Part shown: one piece after another, positions 1 to 14,798 of the stretch
Position numbering within the stretch: the first letter of the stretch is position 1
How the letters are laid out: each line of letters begins with the position of its first letter
Assembly (NCBI GenBank): GCA_012295275.1
Contig: CM022672.1
Span: 17,050,001-17,114,000 of the forward strand
Length of the DNA stretch: 64,000 nucleotides
Direction of reading: 5' to 3'
Source: Chrysomallon squamiferum
Lineage: Eukaryota > Animalia > Mollusca
Notes under the pieces: generated by a model
Databases searched by the model: none
What the model was told of the DNA's origin: nothing
Seen by the model: the letters and a program-made list of their open reading frames with translations, nothing else
Position numbers and translations under genes: made by a program

Positions 1-346
1 GAGACAAGTATATTACAGTAGTAGAAGACAAAATAGCAACAGGAAGCTTAGGCAACTACCAGAAACGAACGTGGGATAAAGTAAAAACCATGGGAATTCC
101 GTATGACTACACTTCTTTACTGCACTACAGAGAATACGTGAGTACTTTGGATTTTCTTCTTTTATTACCAGACAAAAAATATTTTGATATATTTTTGATT
201 GTGTGTTATTTCTTTATATGTGTGTATATGAGAAATGTGTTTATGAGAGATATTCTAATGTTTATTTGTGTGAAATTTATATAGAGTTAAGCAGACAGAA
301 AGAAAGAACGGGAGAAGAGGCTGATATTAACAAGAGATGATGATAG

Positions 347-443
<97 letters not shown>

Positions 444-2744
444 TATAGGTATTTCACATATTTATGAAATATACACAAAAGTCTGTATATGGTCTGAATG
501 AATCATTAATTTATGTAGAGTGAGAATTATCAAAACTGAAATATTTAGGCTATTTATTAATACATGAAAAGGCATGGCCGATCAGATAACTCTTTCATTA
601 TGTATCTCACGATATAGAAACAAATATGAATAACAATACAATGTAAGTGAACTAACAGCGTGAAATATATAAGCTGATGTTTTTTGCAGTTCTTAATATG
701 TCGCTAGGTTTTATATTCCATACTTTCACACCCAGTTATTGAAATACAAGCACACTCACAAAACAGTTTTTTCTTTTGTTTTCTATTGCTATAAGCGAAA
801 CCGGTATTAATACAATAAAATGATTTAATTATTACATTACGAATAAAATATATATTTTCAAATTGTTTTTGTTATTAATTAAGACATATTTTCTGTCTCT
901 CTATGTCTGTCTATCTGACTGTCCTGTTTTTCCATCTGTCAATTTAAACACTTAATATTCACATTTTCAGCAATTTTCAAAAGATGGAAGCAAAACTATT
1001 ATAACTGTAGACGATGACATGCATGAGACGGTTGGTAATAAGAGGAGGCTTTCTTTCTTTGATGCCAAGACGATTAACTATCAATACTGTACAGGTATTT
1101 ACATTGCTGTGTTGTACTGTTATCTTGCTGTCTCAGCAAATCACTACTGTACAAATATAATATGATTTACAAATACTCTTCCACTGTCACTACAAATCAG
1201 GTGTTACATCATTTACTGACATAGTTCCATGTCCATTTTCGCTAGTACATTTTCCACAATTTATTGACATTGTTCCCTGTCAGTGTACCACGAAATGACA
1301 TTTTTCCAATACGACATTAACTGACACTATAACAACTGCACATGTATTGTACCAGTTACTGACACCGTTTTATCCTAAGAATAAAACAAACATTGCAGCA
1401 TGTACTGACACTAGTTACCATCAGTACAGTACAACACGTATTACATGTACAGACACTATTTACCAACAGTATAGCACAAAACATTTTTACATTTGCTGAC
1501 TCTATTTACGATCAGTATAGTACAAAACATTTTTACATTTACTGACAAGGTATACGATTATTATAGTACGAAACATTGTTACATTTACTGACACTGTTTA
1601 CGATCAATATAATACAAAACAGTTACATTTACTGACACTATTTACCATCAGTATATACAAAACATTGTTACATTTACTTACATACTATCTCCACTGTAAT
1701 AGATGTTCTTGTATTGTACAATTTACTCATACTATCCTACTATATTGTTCCGTTTACAGGCACTGCTCACTATCAGTATAGTACAAACACTGTATCATTT
1801 ACTGAAACTATCCTACTCTCTCTACAATGTAACAACTGTACACGTATTGTACCATTTTACTGACACTGTTCTGTTATCAGTGTATCACAAACCACTGCAG
1901 CATGTACAGATACAGGTCCATTGTCAGTGTAGTATAACTGGACCATTTATTCATATTAACTATTATCTCCACTATTATATAAAAAGTGTACATGTACTGT
2001 ACTATTTACTAACACTGTTCACTATCACTATAGTACAAATACTGTACCATTTACTGAAACTAACCTACTATCTCTACTATAACAACTGTACATATATCAT
2101 TCCGTTTACTGACACTGTTAGTACAAGATCATTCCCTTTCCAGCTGTTTTATGAGTCGCTTGTTTCATCTACTATCATATTTGTTTTCAGAGACTTGTAA
2201 AGAAGGATTGGATTGGGATAAGTGTCAAAATGGGGGATACAGAGACCCAAATAACTGTACCCAGTGCAGATGTCCGGACGGACTGACAGGCCAGTTCTGT
2301 ACTGAAATAATGGATGGAGTGAGAGGTAGGTTCATTTTAATGACGAGAACGAAGTATATATAGCATCTTACATAGACATTACACAATAGTTATGTAATTT
2401 ACTCATAAGTAACGTATGTGTTAAAAAATTAACGCGTTACAAGAGTAAAGCCAGAGATATAAGGACATATATAGTTACACATGTACATATACACATTGGT
2501 AAATATAAAAAGTATAAATCCTTTGAATGCTCTTTAACAGCTTATTAAATAAATAAATAAATAAACAAACAAATAAATATATAATAATTATAATAGGTGA
2601 TTGTGGCGCTAAAATCAGGAATGCAACAGATGAATGGACTGAATTAATATCACCAGACTACTACGGTAAAGGTTCTGAATCATTTTCATCTTGTAACTGG
2701 CTAATTCAGGTAGATAATTCATTTCTTCAAAACAGATGTTTGTG

Positions 2745-2825
<81 letters not shown>

Positions 2826-4638
2826 ATATTTTAACTTTTTTTATAATTTTCTAATTAAGCATGTTTCGTAATACTGTCTTGAAGAAGAATATTTGTATGT
2901 TCATTTGCTAAACCAAGACTGATTAATATAGTAATTAAATTTTCACTTTAATTCTATGGTTACTGAAGAAACTGGAAAGGTTTTTTACATTTCTTATTGC
3001 TTCTGTATCATACTTTTATGTACAAATGCACAACACATATATTAATACATGGATATATACATACTTACACAGAAGTACATACATTCCTATATATATATAT
3101 ATACATACATCTACACATATATACGTACATTTCTACACATCTTTACATTCATCTATATACACACAAAAACAGTACTTGTTTTGCTTGTCCAATTATAGAC
3201 GGATCCAGGGAGACGGATTTTGCTTAAACTGGTAGATATGAAATTAGATTGCTGGAGAAAGATGGCTTGTGACGAAGACTACATTGCTATTCGCTACAAG
3301 AGCGACCTTGCGTTACCTGGGCCAAGGTAGGTAGGCCTATTTTACAATGCAGTAAGATATCTATATATTTCGGTATTTTAATAACGACTGAAATCCTATT
3401 AGATAATGCATGGTGAGCGAATCGTGAAAAGCTTTATATTCCCTTAAAATAGACCGTTATCAATAAAGTTAATTCAAGTAGAAACATTTAAGGGCAGTGC
3501 AAATTATGTTACAGTTATTCTTATATGTGTATGTATATGGGTATATATGCATCTATATGTATGTATGCTTATATGTACTTTTGTTTATGCATGGCTGCTT
3601 GAATGGCTAATTTAAAAATAAGTTCCTTTATTTCTGTATGTGTTTAATTTGAATACAAATTTGAATCGACAGATTTTGCTGCGACAAACCAAACCATTCG
3701 TTTGTAAGCGAGGGTACGAGGATGTTGCTTATTTATCGAATAGAACAGCCTTATGCGAATCATGGCATTCGAATACAATACAAAGCAGGTGAACAAGCTC
3801 ACAATACTAAATTACGAATAACAAACCATATGGTTAATTTAATGTGAGACTTACCGATTGGTTGAACGGCAATTAAATGTTTTGTTATTGATTACGTAAA
3901 CTGGTTGAATAGGTGGTTGAATTAAAGGTTCAGTTATAAATAATTTAGCTGGGTCAGTGATTTAGAAAACTGATACGTGAATATTTAGCTCAATGCTATT
4001 TTGAATAATTTGTATTTAACTGAATAATGTGTAAAAAAATATGTAATAACTGAATGATTCATTTGACAAAAATGAATGAAATAAAGAAAATGATGGTTAT
4101 TAAACTGAAATGATCCATCATAAACCTCGCTCTTTTCACATTCTCTTTCTATCTATATCTGTCTTTTTTCTTTCTTAAGCAGATGCAAAATCATATCAAG
4201 ATATACTGGTCTAGCTGTTGCTTGTATATAATCGTAATTAAAGGATTAACCCGAATGTTTAATATCTGATATAACTCAAAGAGAACAACACCCCGAGAAA
4301 AAAAAACCCAACAACCCCCCCCCAACAAAACAACAAACAACATACCCCAACAACAACAAAAAAACAACAACAAAAAACAAACAAAAAACAAAGAACAACA
4401 CAATAAAATCATAGAAAATCTTTTACATATACAGAAAATTGTGGAGGATGTAGAGGTAAATCAAACTCTTCGCAACCACCTTGTTTGGAGACACTTGAAA
4501 AGAACTGTGATGAGTACTACACAGACACCTGCACAGACAGTCCAAAACAGTGCAATATGTAAGATAACAGTTTATATAAATTATATTTTATATCAGATTT
4601 AGAAAGGAGAATGAGAGTGAGAATCAGAAACGACAGTC

Positions 4639-4712
<74 letters not shown>

Positions 4713-5398
4713 TCCAAAGAAAGATTTATAGACAGCGTGACGTTTTTGTTTGTGTTCATAGATGTATATTTATGAATGTATGTATGTATGTATGTATGTA
4801 TGTATGTATGTGTATGTGTATGTGTTTGCATATATATATATATTTTTTTGTTTTTCAGTACAAGAAAGAATATTTGCATAGAGACTGTTAAAAAATGTTG
4901 CAAAGCATATATACTGGATGGAAAAGAATGCAGACGTAAGAAACTTTTATTTTGTCTTTAAATGGTTATTTATAATTTAGGATTATTCTTATTATTCTGA
5001 GAAAGAGAAAAGAAAGAGTGAGATAAAGATAGACCTCTTTATTTCATAACTGACATTTTATCCATATAACCTTTACGCTCACTGTGTTAATGTTATTTTC
5101 CTTTCCATTATAGCTGGAAAATGGTCCGACTGGACAACGTCTACTACGAAATGCAGCGTTACTTGTGGCAAAGGAACCATGATTGTGACAAGATCGAGAA
5201 CATGCACGGATGGACCTGGGAACTGTACAGGAAATTCTAGAGAGGAACTGAAAAAGGACTGCGAGATAAAGCCATGTCCAGGTTAGTTCCTGCTTTTTTT
5301 TCTATTGTTTTTCCATCACAAAAGAGAAAGGTATACTGTAAATATATATCAGTCATAATATTATTTAAAAAGAACATCTCACAATATAGTTTATAGTT

Positions 5399-5466
<68 letters not shown>

Positions 5467-8400
5467 TAATATGATTACAATCATATATATATATCTCTCA
5501 GTGATCATTTATGGAAATTCCTAAAATTAATAATAACATACTACGGCATTCAGAACACCCGACATATGATCACTGGCGCTTGTCATATAAAATCAGATGG
5601 TCGTTTCCAAAGGTTGTCGAATATAATGCCAAGCATGATGGAATGATCGAATAATAAGATTATCAAATTAGCAATGCGACACGTAACTGAATGCCGATTT
5701 TCATTGTGTTTACACTACAAACGAATAATAAAAAAAATAATATTAACAATTAATTAGGAAAACTAATTATTAGCTTAGTGGTAATTATATTATTAACGTC
5801 ATTTTAACCAAATTCCGAGACTCCACAGTAATTTAATTAATAAAACTAATTTATCATCACAAACAGGCCATGCATATATTGTGTTTGATGAATCAATATA
5901 ATTATCACATTAACTTGTTTTGCTTGCTTAGAAATAAATCATTGAGTATAATTATTGTGAATCATATTTGCAACCAAGTTACCAATGTTATTACGTAATT
6001 TAGGAATCTCTGTAGTGTAATACAAGACCTATAATTAGAACATTATTGAATAGCTTATTTACTGATATATATATAAATGTCAAACATCAAGCAGCGCACG
6101 TTAATCGAAATAAAACTTCAAAAAGAGGATTGCTTAGATAATTAAATTATTAAAAAATCTAACCCGAACACTGTTACAGATACTCTCAAACGTAGTCACA
6201 ACATTTCCTCTCTCCATCTCTCTCTCTCTGTCTGTCTGTTTGTCTGTATGTCTGTCTGTCTGCCTATCTCTCTACAGATAGATAGATAATAGATAAATAG
6301 TTATAGATATAAATATAGATATAGATATCACAGTAGTAATAGACACAAATATATAAATTTACACATATATTAGTTTGTCCACATTATGTATATAATAACA
6401 TTTGCTCTCCATACACACAACTATTCCATTTTTATTAATACACAAAAGCACATCGATGCGCCCATGCACACACATATTCTACTTTTATGCTTAAAAATAA
6501 CTACACACATTTAAATAATTAAACAGGCTGCACATTTGGAACAAAACAACAACAACAAACATTCAAACAAGCAGAAAAAATCGATTAAATTAAACAGAGA
6601 TCTTTTAATTATTCATCTGGTTAACATTTCACTGATAACATAATAACTGAACTTTTTACAATATTAGTTCTTACTTAAGCTCAGTTTGGAAACTAAAAAG
6701 TATTGCTTTAATCTTCAATGACTTCTAACAGATTCGCAATCTATCTGAGCTGTTTAAAAGTTTCCAGTAGTTAGAGAAAACGTAGAAGAAATTAAACGAA
6801 GGAGATAGAAAAACAAGACTATATTCTTTTTTTTTTAATTGCGTTTGATTCTAGAGGACAAAAATGAATGAAAATGATTTAGATTATATTAGATTGTAAG
6901 AATCGATTCGGATCCTAATTAAATCAAAACTTTTAATCTTAACCTAAAAGACATTGCTCTATTATTATTTACTAGAAAAATAGAAATATGAAAACATGTT
7001 CTTTATAATGTTTTGTTTGTTTGTAATTTATTATACTTGTTCTTCAGTTATTTCTTGTATGAAGATTTGACGTTTTCTCTGAAAATTAATGTGGTAATTT
7101 CTTTAGATGAATTAGTTAGTCCATGAATATTTATTTCTTTTCAATTTAGAGAATATATAGTGTTTTCATTTTTGCATATCTTTTAAATTTACTTGCATTC
7201 TTTGTTTTAGTTTCTCTATTACATTATTATGCTGTTTGCTTGTATACTAGGTACAGCTGTACTTAGGAAAAGATCCTCATTTTCCTGTTGTAAAAGGTTT
7301 TGCATAGTATTTAGAATTGTAGTTAAACATTATATATATATATTGGAAAAACCTACGTAATAATTTTTACTTGTATTAGAATTACAGTTCAGATTAATGT
7401 TGTTTTATTTTGTTCTTTTTGTTTTTTTGAAGGCATGGAGTTATAATTCCTGTAATCATATGTTGCTGTTCATATATATTTATTAATATTTATAATATTA
7501 TCACGCAGTTGTCAGTGTTATGAATGTAGTAATGATGTACTTTGTTGTTAGTGGATGGAGTATGGTCAGAATGGAAAGTTAGTTCAACCAGTAAATGTTC
7601 TGTAACATGCGGAGATGGTTTCATAAAAACTGTTCTAGAGAGAACGTGCACTGGTCCTAAATTTGGAGGAAAGAACTGTGATGGAAACACAACAATGTCA
7701 AAGTTGAAAGACTGTCACAAACGACCTTGTCCAGGTATATTAGAAAACGAAATGATTTGGTAGTTACTAGTTATTTCTTCTTTACATGTTAAAAATCAAA
7801 ATGGGGAACAAAATATCCATTTTTCTCAAGACTCAAATGATATTAAAATATTAAAATATTCAGATATCTGATTTGATATAAATATACTGAAACATGTCTG
7901 TATGTCTGTCAAGCGATACTGTCAGCCGGTTATACAGCTTCAGTTAAATCGGAAATATCACTGTCTTGAAAAAAGGTGCCTTTGTAGTCATGCTTTTAGG
8001 AGTTCTTACACAATTCAGCACAGTTAGAATCAAAGGAAATTTCTTTTAGTAATTATTAATATAGAACATACTAACACTGAAAATGTATACACATACTTTA
8101 ATACAGTTCATATATGGATCAGCTGAGTTGGAGAAAAATGCTACATCAGGTGATCTACACTCAATTTTTGGAAAATAATTTTGTTCTGCTTAATTAAATT
8201 CATTTCATTTATTTATACTGATTATATAATTAAGTTATTGATGAAAAAATATTATTAAAATATATATATATATATATATATATAACATTTATTAATCATG
8301 TAAGTGAGTAATGATGTAATAATATACGTGTTTCACAAATATGACTGGCAAAGAAGTTACGTTTTGAACTTTACATATTTTTTGACTGTTAGTTGATGGT

Positions 8401-8598
8401 GTTTGGACGAAATGGACACCAGTTTCCACTGGCAATTGTTCTGTGACATGTGGAGGTGGTACCATGGAAATAATACTGGAGAGAAAATGCACAGAACCAA
8501 AATTTGGTGGTAAAGATTGCCAAGGTGAAAGAAGAAAATCGGAAGTGAAACAGTGCAACACAAAGCAATGTCCAGGTATTAAAAAATATATATATATG

Positions 8599-8632
<34 letters not shown>

Positions 8633-9641
8633 TGTATTTATTTATGTATGTATGTTTGTATGTATGTATTTATGTATGTATGTTTGTATGCATGCATATA
8701 TTTGTATGTATATATATATTGTTTAGTATATTGTTTTTTTCTTCGTTTGTCTATTTTTATTTTCTGCTTCTTTGTCTATTTCTTAGTAAATATATATATA
8801 TATGTATATGTATGGATAAATAGATCTCTGTACATTTATTGCATGTTTGTAAAAGCACGCACACATATACACAAGCACATAAACATACATACTGTCTCAC
8901 GTTCTACCGCACAATATGATATATGGATGTATGTATATGTAGATATGTGTATGTATGAATATATGTTTATCAATGTGTTTGATTTTTTCTTTGTCATATG
9001 TACAAGCCTACACTAAATAATTATGTTTGACGCCATATAATCATCGATAAATTAGGTTTGTTTTACTTTTGTACTGTGTCTCGTTATTTCAGTTGACGGA
9101 CAGTGGGGACCGTGGACCGAATATTATTTCTGCTCAGTTACATGCGGGAGAGGCACCAAGTACATAACAAGACAGAGGGTTTGTGAAAATCCGGCTCCTC
9201 AGTATGGTGGCAAAGTATGTGACGGTGATTTTCTGCAGATAGAGAATGTAACAGATGTTTGTTATCGTGGTTCATGTGTTGGTAAGTTAATACGAACGGA
9301 TCACTGATTTGAAAAGCATTTAGATAAAAACCAGTACAAATATCTACTATTATTATTCGTATTGTGTGTTGTTGTTGTTGTTATTATTATTGTTCAAGAA
9401 ATAGCCACTTTAATAAACTGGAGACTAAGATTGGATCTTACTCTGAGAATATTTGATCAGCACTTAATTTCATTAAGACATTCGTATAAGTTATATAATT
9501 ATTACTTTAGATAATATGGATTTATGACGAAGTGGAATATGTTATATATCTGTGGTTGTCTATTTATGTGATAATGTGGACGAAGTAGACTGCGATGACG
9601 GAGTTTCTAGGGTTTCTAGAATATACACTTGTAATAGAATG

Positions 9642-9731
<90 letters not shown>

Positions 9732-9890
9732 AATACTTTTCTTACTTTATTGTTTGTTTGATGCTGTGTATTTCTTTTTTAAATCTGGAACTACGCTTTT
9801 ATTTCAGTGGAGGACCTTGGCAGGCTTATTACACGAACTGTTCAGTGATTTGTGGTTACCTTTTTTAGTTTATTTTTTATTATTTTATGA

Positions 9891-9968
<78 letters not shown>

Positions 9969-10140
9969 GCCAACGTTTCTGACATACATGTTTTGTGTGC
10001 AGCTAGATCCCTGATACATCTGTGTATTTTCTGTTTTATTTCTAGGAGATAAAAATTTAACAAGTAATGTGCCTTGTCTAAAGATTTCCTATGGCTTCAG
10101 TTTGTGGGTTCTGTTGACGAATTTGATGCTGTCGCAATGA
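1..10140 (+). CDS. Astacin-family (M12A) metalloprotease, 5'-truncated: astacin C-half, EGF, CUB, Cys-rich linker, 4x TSP1, hydrophobic C-terminus
   Basis: GT-AG exons with consistent phase: <1-137 ([18 protein letters not shown]), 971-1094 ([23 protein letters not shown]), 2191-2325 ([29 protein letters not shown]), 2597-2709, 3199-3326, 3673-3788 (CUB), 4435-4558, 4859-4935 (Cys-rich), 5114-5281, 7552-7734, 8393-8575, 9093-9281 (TSP1, WSxW..CSVTCG), 10046-10140 (stop TGA). The HExxH motif would lie upstream of the window. Confidence 0.9.
349..438. repeat. (GA)n microsatellite
   Basis: Long perfect AG run. Similar GA/CT runs at ~4643-4708, 9645-9726, 12074-12165, 13906-13985, 21492-21574, 43278-43364. 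Confidence 0.95.
1100..2130. repeat. Degenerate ~46-bp intronic minisatellite
   Basis: Recurrent unit like atttactgacactatttacgatcagtatagtacaaaacattgttac; clearest at 1490-1680. Confidence 0.75.
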
Positions 10141-10684
10141 TTGTAGTGACCCTTTATGGTTTGTAACTTTTATTAGACATACTATTTTTAAAATATTCTC
10201 GTAACGTGTAATGCACATGGATGACAATTGTTTTATTAAATATTAATTAATTAGTAAATAATATTACTCTCGTTATTATTATTTTTTTTTATTAAAAATA
10301 GAAGAAATTACGAAAATGCGTGTTTATTCGTAAAATTTAACAGGATTTTACAAAACAACAGAGTATTGCTTCTATTTCAGAACTTAGTTCCGTGGAAGGT
10401 GTAATTCTGATTCCACTGCCAACATCAATTCAACTTTGCTGAGGTATTTCACACAAACTTCCATCCTGCATATTTTGGATGACATTAATGTTAAATGTAC
10501 ATAATGTTCTATGCTTTTCTTTTCCAGTTTCTCTATAACAGATTTCTTTGTGGACTTACTGTAAACATTTGTGAAATGTTTGTGAAATGTTTTAAAATGT
10601 GGGTAAACTGAAAATAAAATAAAAGTGTACATAATTTATGCATTTTATATAATAGTAATTTAGCATCAATATTTAGCAATGATA

Positions 10685-10739
<55 letters not shown>

Positions 10740-11659
10740 TTCAGAGATAAAATGAAAATATATTAATTTGTTTTGCTATTATTATGTATGTACATACGTG
10801 CATGCCTGTGTGCGTTTGCGTGTCTGCGTGTGTGCATGAATGTACTTCTTGTTGTCTTACTATAATTGATAGCTGTCTGGTTCTATAGCTACGTACCCGT
10901 CTACGTATCCACCTACCTATTTGTCTGATTTTGTTTCTTTTATATTACCTATTTTTAAAATGATGTCATTTTTAACGGATACATGTATGCACCTATTATC
11001 TACCTTTCAAGCTGTCTATCTATCTACCTATCTATCTATTATCTATTCTCTATTAAACTATCTATCTAGCCATCTATTACATATAAAAATAACAACGAAA
11101 AAGTAATGATAATAATAATCCTTAATGCTAATACTCCCCCCCCCACAAAAATAAAAATAGAAAACAAAGCAAAATAAAAATGAATAAATAAATAGATAAA
11201 AACCAAAATCCAAAAAAATACAACAACAAGCAAACAAACAAAACAAACAGAAGCAAAAAGCTCAGTAGCTAATCATATTGCTGCAGCTAGTTTCTTTTAT
11301 ATTTTCTATATATCGTTTTTAATTTTCTGGTATGACAACTAATAACAGATCAAAAATGTCTTGAGTTCTTCGTTAAATAAAAGTGTATCGCTTCTCTTAC
11401 TGCCTGAATCTAGTTCAATAACAGTCACAATTACTAAAAGGCACTCATATGTATCTGTATATACAAGTGTGGAGTTTTCACGAAAAATATTTTTTTTAAA
11501 GGGACATCCCCTGACAAAAGTAACTCCTGCATGTAAATTGAAAAATTCAAGAACATTCGGAACAGTTTCGTATTTTTGAAATATATATATTCTGTAGATA
11601 AAAATTACTGAGATAATAATATTTAAAACACTGGGTTTTTTTTCTGGAACTATCGAAAA

Positions 11660-11855
11660 AGGTTAAGTCCGTTTTATATTGAGTCAAATAAAGATACAGA
11701 AACGAAAAGATAAAAGGAAACAGGGCTGTGGCTGAAGTGATGTCCTTAAAAAGCAGCAGAGAGAAATTAAAAGACAAAATAATGAACAACAATTGTTCAG
11801 ATGATTTTCAAGTTATTGAGAGTGTACCATTTTATTAAAGTCTGATCATCACACG
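11660..11855 (+). repeat. Dispersed repeat, possible non-autonomous DNA transposon remnant
   Basis: Similar to ~51085-51278 (shared aaaagacaaaataatgaa..attttcaagtt..ttttattaaagtctgatcat). Confidence 0.5.
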
Positions 11856-12070
11856 AAGAATGTTAAAAGCTGTTATTGCTGGAAAGTCTTGATCAGCAAA
11901 AAACGTACTCTATTAAAGATGCCATTTTTTACATTAAAAAAAAATAAATCTAATTACAGTTCCAGTTTTCTCATTTCTTCTGCAAATCAGTTATAAAAGA
12001 TTACCTAAAGAGTTTAAGTAGAAAATAATACCATATAAATCCAGAAATTAAATGTTATACTTCGTTTTTT

Positions 12071-12167
<97 letters not shown>

Positions 12168-13720
12168 AAGAAAAAAGAACAAAAAAAAAAAGAAAGAAAA
12201 ACAATAAAACATATATAAACCAGGGGGAGAATATCTGTCCACTGAATAATTGTAAACTCCAGACATAGGTAACTACATTTTTACTGCTCTGTTTAACCTT
12301 GATTTGATCATTTTTATTACGGCACTATACCAGTATTTTAGACAATGTTTGTGGTAATCGTGCTAAGTAAATTCAAGGTTTTACTGTTCTAATACACTGC
12401 AAGAATTACTCGTAGATGTGTATGGATTTAGTATTATTAGAAGTACATACTGTTTTTGAAATGTTATTACTGTAGTAATTAGTCACGCTAGACCTAATAC
12501 AGATTCAGAAATATATTGTGTTTTGTTTTACTTCTAGTGAACTTAAACCTACTAATTATAACAGTTATATATATAAATTGTCTTTGGTGACTAGTTTTTG
12601 TTCGTTATGGGTTGTCTTCTCGATTGCCAGGATGTGTTAATTTGGAATAAGTTATCGGTATCTGTTTTGTTCAGTATGACAGAGGCTTATAAAAAGGAAT
12701 GACTTTTAACTTATATGCACATGAATAAAATAAAATACGACTCAGAAAGTATTCAGCCATCATGAATGTCTTTAGAACAAATATCGTAGGAAAAATGTAA
12801 CATTAGCACTGAGGGGAATTTTTCTTCACCTGCATTATCAACCAGTCTCATCTTTGGCCAGTCAGCAAATCGCAAATCAGAATCATTTCTTGCTACAAAT
12901 ATGGACATTAATCCACTGAAGCATTACAGTAATAAGGAATACGCTTTTCGGAATAAGACAATTAGCGAGGCTCAGATGAAAAAATGTGTTGATATGCTTT
13001 CTTTCGCAGAACTTGTCGTCGCAGTCGTACGATGATACATTTTTTGCTGGGTATCGCTGGTTCTCCGCCAGAGATAGGGCTGTATCATTTTGGGGGCTAC
13101 TTTTTTTTCCCAACCGTATTCTTTCCATATCCAGAGGGCGAAAAAGGCAAAGGTGTTTCTGCAGTTTAAAATGGAACAAATAACGTCGAACTCTTTGTTT
13201 CGTATTTCGAAATTGAAAAAAACATTCTTTAAGAACACGATTAGCGAGGTCTTCGATAATATCAGGAATCTTTACTATATTGAGAGGAACTTTAGCATGC
13301 GTCGCGCTGAAAAGCTGTCACGTGCTAATTAGATGAACATTACGTGACTACTGTCGAAAGATTGTCGAGTCGTTGATTAATGACAGAGGTCTTGTGTTTC
13401 TTCTGGTAGCGTATGTATATATGTATAATTGCAAAGTATACCAGCGAACTCAAAAATCACGGACCTAAAGAAATGTAAAATGTTAAATGAGTATACCAGC
13501 CAACCGTGCGTCTGACAAATGTTAGCCAAGAAACAATGTAGACCTATTTTTAGCAGAGATAGAAAAATGTTAAAAGTTTAAATAAGACTAATTCATCGAA
13601 ACTTTTGACATTTTTTATGAGACGGTAACCACCGGTGTTATGTAAATTGTTATTTCACACAGTATAAACAGCTGATAGTTTTGCAAGCAAGTGGTTCTAT
13701 GTATGAATATTATTATAGAT

Positions 13721-13790
13721 CAGGAGTCGGCAGTCCTCGGCCCGCGGGACATATTCGGCCTGAGAGGGAGTTTAGTGAGGCCTGCCAACT
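13721..13790 (+). mobile_element. Possible hAT/Charlie-like transposon end fragment
   Basis: caggagtcggcagtcctcggcccgcgggacatattcggcctg resembles the CAGGGGTCGGCAAAC..CGGCCCGCGGGCC termini of hAT-Charlie MITEs. No partner end was found. Confidence 0.35.
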
Positions 13791-13900
13791 GAACATTTGG
13801 ACACCGATTATTATATTAACTTCGTTGTTTTTCCTTTAAAAGTCCAGACCAGAGCAGCCTTATTTCCTAGCATCCGTTTTGGTACTCAGTATTGAAGTTA

Positions 13901-13989
<89 letters not shown>

Positions 13990-14039
13990 ATTACACAGGA
14001 AAATACCTATGATTCTAAATTGACCATTGAATAGTAGTA

Positions 14040-14710
14040 TTGATTTTATTTGTGTCAGTTCTCCTTCTGATTCAGTTACAAATATCTCAAGACAGTTGTT
14101 TATCTTTGTAGGCCGTCTGCTACATAACACCTCTCCACCATTTTGGCATATCTTTAATTTTTCAAACCTTGGAATGTCCTCTTTAGGAAATCGGATAGTA
14201 GCATTGCAAAGATGAAGAAATAATACCAATTTGACTATGGCACAATTTATCACATAAATAGCCAGTCTGGGTATTAGTGAAAAGCTTTTTAATGCTCTGT
14301 TCAGTGGTTTGTCATAAGCTTACAATATTTTAATACATCTTGTTCCATTAAACATGTTAACAACACAACACACTTGTAAAGATGCAGAACTGATTTTGCT
14401 GTATTCTATTACAATAACACAGATACGTATTCAAGAAACTTTGTATTTTTTCCTCAGCAGTTCAAGATTAGCCTTCTTTTCATATCAGTCTTATGATACA
14501 TAGTCAATACATACGATATTAAAGTTAAAACCAGTTGTAATGGTACGATCTTTTATTTTTAGTACAATTATGTATATGTTATCTTAATCTATTAAGCATT
14601 ATATGATATAATCAAAAATTAGATAATTTATTAACATAATTCAGGTAAAGGTCTAAATTATGAACATGTTTAATGTCTGCATGTCACTTACAGTAACACA
14701 CACAAACTAC
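14040..14710 (+). repeat. Duplicated upstream segment (paralogue of ~28210-28760)
   Basis: Long colinear near-identity, e.g. ttcagttacaaatatctcaagacagttgtttatctttgtaggccgtctgctacataa occurs in both. Confidence 0.9.
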
Positions 14711-14798
14711 ATTCTAAGTTTGAGATTTTCATGATGCATATTTCTGATATTTAAGTTAACAGTTAATATATTCACCTAATTATGTATATATTTCACAG

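Noticed and set aside
1703-2200. 165-aa ORF
   Set aside because: Arises from the intronic ~46-bp minisatellite; repetitive low-complexity translation.
7490-8563. Minus-strand ORFs over TSP1 exons
   Set aside because: Antisense to the astacin exons.
287-12266. Many SLSL/ERER/YVCM/IIII ORFs
   Set aside because: Translations of microsatellites.
13867-14253. 128-aa minus ORF containing CQNGG
   Set aside because: Lacks the remaining EGF cysteines, runs into a microsatellite, and lies in a duplicated segment with no splice or domain support.
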